NCBI GenBank assembly: GCA_046351325.1
Contig: JAXLYR010000002.1
Coordinates: 752,334 to 816,333 of the forward strand
Direction of reading: 5' to 3'
Length of the DNA stretch: 64,000 nucleotides
DNA from: Polyangiaceae bacterium
Lineage (GTDB): Bacteria > Myxococcota_A > Polyangia > Polyangiales > Polyangiaceae
Shown: in pieces, positions 57,258 through 64,000 of the stretch
Layout of the letters: every line of letters starts with the position of its first letter
Numbering within the stretch: the stretch's first letter is position 1
Notes under the pieces: model-generated
Told to the model about the DNA's origin: nothing
Seen by the model: the letters and a program-made list of their open reading frames with translations, nothing else
The model's database searches: none
Made by a program: the position numbers and the translations under genes

Positions 57258-59360
57258 ATGACGTCCAGGCCGGAGCCGAGGAATCAGGGAGGATACCGCC
57301 CGAGGAAACCCTCGCCCGCCGTCCCCACGTTCGCGCTCGCGCTCGGGATGGTCGCGCTCGCGCTCGCCTTCGTGCTTCTTCCAAGGCGCTCGCATGAGGC
57401 CGAGGATGCGCGGGTCGCGGCCGTCGGCTCCGCGAGCACGGCCCCGAATACGACCCCGAGCGCGGGCTCTGCGCGTGGCGCGATCGTCGGTTCTCGCGTG
57501 GTTCACGGGAGCGTGCGCCGTTATGACGGCCAGCCGATCCCGGGTGCGCAGGTGGTCGTACGCCGACAGGACGCGTCCGACGAGGAAGACGAGCCCGAGG
57601 ATCGCGACGATGCGCCTGTCGCAACCGTCGAGACGTCGAGCGACGGAACCTTCGAGGTCGAGGCTCCACGTACGGCGCTCGTGGTCGGCGCCAAGGCAGA
57701 GGGCTTCGTCCCTGCGGAGACCCAGCTCGACGCAGGCGCCGCGCAACCCGTTCAGCTCGTGATGAAGCGCGCCGCCGTATTGCGTGGGCGCGTCGTGATG
57801 GAGGGCACGGGGGCGCCCGTCGCAGGCGCCGAGGTCGTCGCGGATGACGATCGCTTCTTCGAGCATGTTTGGACCGAGGCGGACGGTACGTTCCAGTTCG
57901 ACGAGGTCGAATCCGGGATTTACAAGCCTGTAGCTCATGCGCGCGGGCTCTTCGGCTTGGCGGCGCACGCGATCGTCGTGCGCGCAGGCGTGGAAGGGGA
58001 GAGCGCGACGATCACCATGCAGCCCGCGACCGCGCTCTCGGGACAGATTGTGGTGAAGGAGACGCGTGAGCCCTGCCCGGGCGGCACCGTCATCTTGCTG
58101 GGCTTCCTGAGCACGGGGATCACCAGGACGGCCGGCGCCGGCGGCGAGGTCTATTTCGATGCCTTACTTCCCGGTAACTACGACGTCGACGTCGAGTGCC
58201 CCGGTCACCCCTCGAGCCACACACGCGACGCGCCCTTGTTTCTGTCCGGCGCCGAGCTCGACATGGAGTTCGAGGTGTCGGACGCGTTCAGCAAGGCCTA
58301 CGAGCCAGTCCTCCACGCGGTGCTGGTCGACGAGGCGGGCGCGCCGATCGACGGCGCGCAAGGCAACCTGCGCGTGTCCGCGGCGGCGGCGCGCGAGCCG
58401 CTGAGCTTCGACAGCTCCTCGGACGTCGGCGAGGACGGCGCTGTGGAGCTCACACTGCACGAGTTCGGCGACTACGAGATCGTCGTCGACGGACCCTTCG
58501 GCCGATACGGCGAGACCTTCAAGGCGACCGTGGCGCCGGGTGGCACGCTGGACCCAGCTCGCTGGGTGCTGCGCGGCGCAGCGCTCGTGGAGGGGCGCGT
58601 CCTCGACGGCGAGAGCCGACCGGTCAGCGGAGCGAGTGTCTCGCTCCCCGGCGCGATCGAGAACTCCGTGGGCACCGATGAGGAAGGGCGCTTCGTCGCG
58701 ATCGCGTTCTCGCGTGGGCCCGTCGATGTCGAGGTGTCCTTGAGCCTCGGTCAGCCACTGCAGATCACCTCGGGGGGCGTTCTCTCCCCGCCGTTCGATC
58801 AAGTTCATGACATCGTTGTAAGTGCTCCCGTCGGTCGGATAAGCGGCTATGTCGAGGACGCGGACCTCGAGCTCGAGTTGCCCCACGTGTTCTATCGGTG
58901 CAGATCGCCCTCGAAGGAATCTCGGACGAGGGACCTCGTCTACGTCAAGCTCGATGGTCACTTCACCATCACCCGATTGCCGAGCGACGCGGTCTGTTCT
59001 CTCGACGTGAGCGGCGCCCTCGGCGCTTCGGCGCATCGGGACGGCGTGCGTCCGGGCGCGGACGTCACCTTCACGCTCACCGCGGGCGCGACGCTCCGAG
59101 GGCACCTCGACGACGCTCCTCCCACATTCGAGGTGTGGTGGGAGGCCGAAGAAGGCGGCGGCAGCAGCGGCGAGCCCTTCGTCGGAACACACGGCGATTG
59201 GGTGCGAACCGGCGTCCACCCTGGCACCGGTTACCTCGACATCCGAACGCCGGATGGCAGGACGAGGACTGCCAAAGTTACGGTGATGTCAGGCGAGAGC
59301 CGTGAAGTGAAGGTCCAGCTCGAACGCGCCGAGGACCGCGCTGACGCCGACAGCGAATAG
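57258..59360 (+). CDS. Membrane-anchored CarbopepD_reg-domain protein; paralog 2 (recent tandem duplicate)
   Basis: Collinear with 55059..57203 at >80% aa identity, including the conserved ~25-nt upstream sequence. Confidence 0.65.
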   Translation: MTSRPEPRNQGGYRPRKPSPAVPTFALALGMVALALAFVLLPRRSHEAEDARVAAVGSASTAPNTTPSAGSARGAIVGSRVVHGSVRRYDGQPIPGAQVVVRRQDASDEEDEPEDRDDAPVATVETSSDGTFEVEAPRTALVVGAKAEGFVPAETQLDAGAAQPVQLVMKRAAVLRGRVVMEGTGAPVAGAEVVADDDRFFEHVWTEADGTFQFDEVESGIYKPVAHARGLFGLAAHAIVVRAGVEGESATITMQPATALSGQIVVKETREPCPGGTVILLGFLSTGITRTAGAGGEVYFDALLPGNYDVDVECPGHPSSHTRDAPLFLSGAELDMEFEVSDAFSKAYEPVLHAVLVDEAGAPIDGAQGNLRVSAAAAREPLSFDSSSDVGEDGAVELTLHEFGDYEIVVDGPFGRYGETFKATVAPGGTLDPARWVLRGAALVEGRVLDGESRPVSGASVSLPGAIENSVGTDEEGRFVAIAFSRGPVDVEVSLSLGQPLQITSGGVLSPPFDQVHDIVVSAPVGRISGYVEDADLELELPHVFYRCRSPSKESRTRDLVYVKLDGHFTITRLPSDAVCSLDVSGALGASAHRDGVRPGADVTFTLTAGATLRGHLDDAPPTFEVWWEAEEGGGSSGEPFVGTHGDWVRTGVHPGTGYLDIRTPDGRTRTAKVTVMSGESREVKVQLERAEDRADADSE

Positions 59361-59390
59361 GCGTGAGCGAGCGATCGCTATCCGAGCGGC

Positions 59391-60044
59391 TCACGCTCGC
59401 GGCTTGTGGGGCGCGGCGTAAGCCCGCAAGAAGCCCGCGACGTGGAGCTCGCTGAACGCGGCGAGGTCGAGCGGCCTGCAGCGATCGCCGCCGAGCGAGC
59501 GCTGGTGAAGGAGCGCGACGAGCAGCGGTGACAAGAACCCGAGCGCTGCGACGCGCAGCCCGAGCGCGTCGCTCGGCGCGAGGCGGACCTCGTGGCGCTC
59601 GGCGTGGATCCGCAAGCGATGTTCGACCGCGCGCACCGTCGGTTCGAGCACGCCGTCGAGGTAGCCAGGGCCTGTGACGGGGTCGTCGAACCCGGCGCCG
59701 AGGCCCACCGAGAAGAGTCGGCCGACGCCGAAGGTCGTCCACGCGTGCGCGAGGTCTCGCGCGACCTTCGTGAGAGACGCCGCGAGGTCGAGCGCACCCG
59801 GATCGGTGAGCGAGGCTGTGTAGGGCGCGGCGTCCTCGCGCACCTGACGCAAGGCCTCGGCGACGGCGCCCGAGCGATCCCCGAAATAGTGCTTCAGCGT
59901 GGGGATCGACACGCCGGCCGAGCGCGCGAGCTCCGCGAGGCTCGAGTCTGCGCCCTGCCGGACGAGCCCGGCCCGCACCGCGCGCGCGAGCTTGCGGCGA
60001 GCTTCGTCGTGTCCCGGGTTGGGGGTGCCACGTGGGCGGGCCAT
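59391..60044 (-). CDS. TetR/AcrR-family transcriptional regulator
   Basis: HTH LAELARSAGVSIPTLKHYFGDRSGA; ATG at 60044; divergent from the Rieske oxygenase gene. Confidence 0.7.
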   Translation of the reverse strand: MARPRGTPNPGHDEARRKLARAVRAGLVRQGADSSLAELARSAGVSIPTLKHYFGDRSGAVAEALRQVREDAAPYTASLTDPGALDLAASLTKVARDLAHAWTTFGVGRLFSVGLGAGFDDPVTGPGYLDGVLEPTVRAVEHRLRIHAERHEVRLAPSDALGLRVAALGFLSPLLVALLHQRSLGGDRCRPLDLAAFSELHVAGFLRAYAAPHKPRA

Positions 60045-60090
60045 TGGACTCGAGCCGTAACTGGCGTCGACCTCCGCCGTATTATGTATC

Positions 60091-61101
60091 ATGCTCCAGA
60101 TAATGAATCCAGCGCACCCGAGCCGCGGGCCGTTCACGGGCTTCGCGAACGTCTGGACCCCCGTCGCGTTCTCCTCCGAGGTCACGACGCGGCCGCTCAG
60201 CGTGCGCGTGGCGGGGACGCCCGTCGTGCTCTTCCGAGGCGCGAACGGCGAGCCGGCGGCGCTCTTCGACCGCTGTCCCCACCGCGGCGTCGCGCTCTCG
60301 CTCGGCAAGGTTCGGGAGGGTTGTCTCGAGTGCCCGTTCCACGGCTGGCGCTTCGACGGCACGGGCGCGGCGGTCGAGGTCCCGTGGAACCCCGACGCCA
60401 AGCTCGAGCGCTTGCACGCGACGGCGCTCCCTTGTCGGGAGATCGGCGGCCAAATTTGGATTTACACGGCTGTCAGCGACGCACAGGTGCCTCAGGAGGG
60501 GCCCGCCGTCGCCGACGTCTTCACCCGGCCCGACGTTCGCGTCTCGGGGATCCGCGTCGAGTGGAACACGCACTGGACGCGCGCGATGGAGAACATGCTG
60601 GATTGGCCGCATCTACCGTTCGTCCACGCGGCGACGATCGGCAAGTCGATGCGGTCGCGCACGCGGTCGCGCATGGAGGTCGAGTGGACCGCGACGCCGT
60701 GGGGCGCAGAGTCCCACATCACGATCGACGGGGCGCGCGAGCCCGCGAGCCTCGATCTCCGCTGGCCGAACCAGATGAACCTGTTCCTCCCCGTGCCGAA
60801 GCGCACGCTCGTAATGGCCGTCGCGTGCGTGCCCGTCGACGAGACGCGAACGACGCTGCTCCTCGGGATGGCGCGCGATTTCCTGAAGAGCGCGCTCTTC
60901 GACGGCTTCTTCCACCGGACGAACCTCAAGATCGCTACCGAAGATCGCGCCGTCGTCGAGTCGTCGATCCCGGCGAAGGTCCCGCCCCCGAGCGAGGAGA
61001 AGTCGGTGCGCACCGACGCGCTCCCCCTGCATTTTCGCAAGCGGTTTTACGCCGAGCTCGAGCCCGCGCTCACGGCCTCCGCGTCTGTTCGCGTCGCATG
61101 A
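60091..61101 (+). CDS. Rieske [2Fe-2S] non-heme iron oxygenase (PAO/KshA-like family)
   Basis: Rieske motif CPHRGVALSLG…CPFHGWRF (CxH…CxxH); catalytic domain with His ligands (WPHLPFVH). Confidence 0.75.
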   Translation: MLQIMNPAHPSRGPFTGFANVWTPVAFSSEVTTRPLSVRVAGTPVVLFRGANGEPAALFDRCPHRGVALSLGKVREGCLECPFHGWRFDGTGAAVEVPWNPDAKLERLHATALPCREIGGQIWIYTAVSDAQVPQEGPAVADVFTRPDVRVSGIRVEWNTHWTRAMENMLDWPHLPFVHAATIGKSMRSRTRSRMEVEWTATPWGAESHITIDGAREPASLDLRWPNQMNLFLPVPKRTLVMAVACVPVDETRTTLLLGMARDFLKSALFDGFFHRTNLKIATEDRAVVESSIPAKVPPPSEEKSVRTDALPLHFRKRFYAELEPALTASASVRVA

Positions 61102-61766
61102 GGCGGCTCGCGACCTCGCGCGCTCGCTGCCGATCGAGCGGCTCGTAGACGTCGAGGACGTCGACGCGGTTGTCCTGGCTCATCACGGCGATGCCGCGCT
61201 CGAGATAGAAGTGAAAGAGCCGGCCCAGGTGATCGGTGCGCTTCTGACTGGGTAGGCCGAGCGCGGCCTCCATCGTCGTGATGTTCATCCCCACGAAGCA
61301 CGAGGGGGCGAAGCCGAACGTCGTGACGCCGGGCGGGTCGTTGCAAACCGACCCCTTGGCGAGGACGGTGCGCCCGCGCTTCACGTAGACGTACCAAGCG
61401 GTCACCCAGTCGCCGCGCTGTTTGCAGTCGAACGTGAGCATGTCGTCGAAGCCGAGGATGAACGGCAGCTCCTCGTCGGGTTCGTAGCCGGCGTTCGTCC
61501 AGAGCTTGCGCGTGCTCTCGAAGTCCATCGTGTCCGAGGGCTCGCCGAGGAGCTTCGTGAGCTCCGCGCGAGACATCCCGGGGCGGACGCCAGCGAGCGA
61601 GCGCGTCGTGAACGGTGCTGAGGGCGACGCCGACAGCGCCGTCCACGCCGAGGAGGTCGCGGCCGCCGATGGCGCGAGCTCCACGAACACGACGTCGGGG
61701 CCCGCGGAGCTGCACGCACCGAGCGCGAGTGCGAACGCGAGCGAGACGCCCCTCACGAGGCGAGCG
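61070..61766 (-). CDS. Lipoprotein, unknown function
   Basis: Probable GTG start giving MRGVSLAFALALGACSSAG lipobox. Confidence 0.45.
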
Positions 61767-61786
61767 CGATACCCTGCTCGTGCTCG

Positions 61787-63229
61787 ATGTTCATCGTCCC
61801 TATCGCTCACGAGCACTCCACCGCGCGGCGCCTCCCGTTCGTGACACTTGCCGTGATCGTGGTCAACCTGCTCGCTTTCGTCGCGCTGGGGCAAGTCGCC
61901 AAGCCTGCCGAGGCCCGCGCTCTTCAGGCGCTCGAGCTCGCCTCGACGTTCTACGAGCAGCACTCCTATCTCTCGCTCAAGTGCGTAAGCCTACGCGCGG
62001 ACGACTACGGACCCAAGGTCGCGCCGCCGGTCGACGAAGAGGAGCGCGTCGCGGAGGAGCAGCGCTCGCTCGACGAGCTCTGCGCGAAGGCCGACGACGC
62101 CGTGTTCGCGTTGCCGACCCATCGCTTCGGGTACGTGCCGGCGCGCGGCGTCGGGCTCTCGCTCGTGACCCACCAGTTCCTGCACGGGGGCTGGCTCCAC
62201 CTGCTCTTCAACATGTGGTTCCTCTGGCTCGCGGGGGTGAACCTCGAGGACCGCTGGGGGCGCGCAGTTTTTCCTGTGTTTTACCTTCTCTGCGGAGCGA
62301 TCGGTGCGCTCGGGCATCACGCGGCCAACGCCTCGTCGTGGACGCCGATGATCGGAGCGTCGGGCGCCGTCGCCGGTGCGATGGGGGCGTTCTTCGTCGT
62401 CTTCGGGTCGGCCGAGATCCGCTTCTTCTACATCTTCTTCATCACGTTTCGCCCGAAGGTCGGGACGTTCGGCGCGCGGGCCTACGTGATGCTGCCGCTC
62501 TGGTTGGGGCTCGAGGTGCTCTACGGCTTGGTCACGCCGCGCGACGGCGTCGCGCATTGGGCGCACGTCGCCGGGTTTCTCACGGGCGCGGCTGTCGCGT
62601 TCGCGCTCAAGCTGAGCAAACTCGACAAGAAGCTTGACGATTCAGTCGAGCGCCGCGCGACCCTGCGGGTCGAGGGCCGCGTCGTGGAGGCTCGCACGCT
62701 CGCCGACGAGGGCCGGCCCGCCGACGCGGTCCCGCTGCTGCTCAGGATCTGCGGCGAAGATCCGAACGACATCGACGCGCGCCTCGAGCTCATCCGCGTC
62801 GCGACGATGCTCGGTGACAGCGGGCTGCGCGCGCGCGCCACCGTCGACGCCGCGCTCGCGTATCTCAACACGGGAGCGATCGCGACCTCCGTCGACCTCG
62901 TCCTCGAGCTCATGCGCTCGGGGCTCGCGACGCACGCGAGCGCGGATCGCATGATGCGCCTCGGCGAGCGGCTCGTCGTGAAGCAGGAAATGGATCTCGC
63001 GGGCCAGGTGTTCGCCGCGATCCACCAGCGCACGGCGCGCGACGACGCCGGCGTGCGCGCGGCGCTCGCGCACGCGAGCTTGCTCTCGAAGAAGGGCGAC
63101 CACGCGGGCGCGAACCAGCTCTTGGAGGTCGCCCGCAAGGGGCCGGACATGTCCGCGGACACGCGCGAGCGGCTCGAGGTCGTGAGCGCGCAGGTCGCGC
63201 GCGCGGCGCAGTCGCGGACAGGAATGTAA
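61787..63229 (+). CDS. Rhomboid-family intramembrane serine protease with C-terminal TPR-like domain
   Basis: Rhomboid active-site blocks GASGAVAGAMGAFFV (Ser) and HWAHVAGFLTGA (His); 6-7 TM helices; helical repeat tail. Confidence 0.8.
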   Translation: MFIVPIAHEHSTARRLPFVTLAVIVVNLLAFVALGQVAKPAEARALQALELASTFYEQHSYLSLKCVSLRADDYGPKVAPPVDEEERVAEEQRSLDELCAKADDAVFALPTHRFGYVPARGVGLSLVTHQFLHGGWLHLLFNMWFLWLAGVNLEDRWGRAVFPVFYLLCGAIGALGHHAANASSWTPMIGASGAVAGAMGAFFVVFGSAEIRFFYIFFITFRPKVGTFGARAYVMLPLWLGLEVLYGLVTPRDGVAHWAHVAGFLTGAAVAFALKLSKLDKKLDDSVERRATLRVEGRVVEARTLADEGRPADAVPLLLRICGEDPNDIDARLELIRVATMLGDSGLRARATVDAALAYLNTGAIATSVDLVLELMRSGLATHASADRMMRLGERLVVKQEMDLAGQVFAAIHQRTARDDAGVRAALAHASLLSKKGDHAGANQLLEVARKGPDMSADTRERLEVVSAQVARAAQSRTGM

Positions 63230-63243
63230 GCGCATCCGTCGTG

Positions 63244-63996
63244 TCAGCAGCCGGGCTCGGTGTCGGCGACGTGGGTCGTCCGCGTGCGCGGCTCGATCCA
63301 GTAGCCGTCGTCCCGCGTGAGCACCACGTCGCGCAGGCCGAGCTTGCGCAGCGTCGCGATGGCGACGCGCACGCGGGTCGCCGCGGCCTCGGGGAGGATG
63401 CGCTCGCCAGGCCAGCCCGCGCGCGTGAGATCGTGCACGTCGAGCGTCACCGACGGGGCCTCGCGCTGCGATCGCGCGAGCGCCGCGAGGATCCTCCGGA
63501 GCGAGCCACGCCGCGACAGATCCACGCGCGCGGCGCGATCGACCGAGAACCAAAGCGCGTCCGGGCCGAGCTCGAGCTCGCGTGCGCCGAGCGTTCCGTC
63601 GAGCGGAGCCGGCGTGGGTGGAGCGAAGCGAGGCTGGGGTTCGGAGCGAGCATTTCCCTCGGGCGCGGCGTGTGGCTCGAACGAGGGATCGGCGAGCGAG
63701 AGCGCTCGCTCCAACATGCGCAGCGCGAAGCGCGCGTCGAGGTTCGTGCGCGTCGCGATCGCGTCGACGTCGTCGCCGGTCACGAGGGCGTCGCGGGTTC
63801 GGCGCCACGAAGCGACCGCGTCGCTCGAGCGGTTCGGCAGCGAGAGCTCGAGCGCGCCGAGCAGCAGATCGACCGTCCAGCGCATGGTCCGGAACATCCC
63901 GCGGCGAGCCTCGGTGCGGGCGCGCGCCGAGCGCTGCGAGGCCTCGGCGGTGGAGGACTGCGCGAGCGCGACGAGCGCGAGGCCGGCCTCGGCCAT
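63244..63996 (-). CDS. Winged-helix (OmpR/PhoB-type C-terminal) DNA-binding protein; N-terminus may extend beyond window
   Basis: C-terminal RVRVAIATLRKLGLRDVVLTRDDGYWIEP resembles trans_reg_C. Confidence 0.4.
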   Translation of the reverse strand: MAEAGLALVALAQSSTAEASQRSARARTEARRGMFRTMRWTVDLLLGALELSLPNRSSDAVASWRRTRDALVTGDDVDAIATRTNLDARFALRMLERALSLADPSFEPHAAPEGNARSEPQPRFAPPTPAPLDGTLGARELELGPDALWFSVDRAARVDLSRRGSLRRILAALARSQREAPSVTLDVHDLTRAGWPGERILPEAAATRVRVAIATLRKLGLRDVVLTRDDGYWIEPRTRTTHVADTEPGC

Positions 63997-64000
63997 CGCC

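Overview
High-GC (~70%) bacterial chromosome segment, most plausibly from a myxobacterium: many lipoproteins carry Gly-rich linkers after the lipobox, and pentapeptide-repeat proteins and VgrG genes are present. The window has about 55 genes.

Two separate orphan VgrG (T6SS spike) loci stand out:
- vgrG1 (minus strand, 14.2-20.1 kb) is translationally coupled to an upstream LysM/peptidoglycan-binding protein and a DUF218 (YdcF/ElyC-like) membrane protein.
- vgrG2 (plus strand, 28.8-37.9 kb) is preceded by a five-copy TGATACAG direct-repeat array. It is followed by an uncharacterised 527-aa Gly/Ala-rich protein, a DUF2169-pentapeptide protein, a second pentapeptide-repeat protein, a DUF3540-like protein and a DUF4150 (PAAR-like) protein.
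- No T6SS core genes (sheath, Hcp, TssM, ClpV) are in the window.

Other content:
- A strongly ERG6-like sterol 24-C-methyltransferase homolog, unusual in bacteria.
- An arsRDA-acr3-arsC arsenic resistance operon and endonuclease V.
- A beta-carbonic anhydrase, and an MBL-fold persulfide-dioxygenase-like gene paired with a rhodanese.
- A cytochrome P450, a TetR regulator divergent from a Rieske oxygenase, an M3 metallopeptidase, a CocE/NonD hydrolase and a rhomboid-TPR protease.
- Two recent tandem duplications: a lipoprotein pair and a carboxypeptidase-regulatory-domain protein pair.

Several patches are dense in single-base frameshifts. These are an essential-looking gyrA, the pentapeptide-repeat region, and a GST-like gene plus the adjacent regulator.
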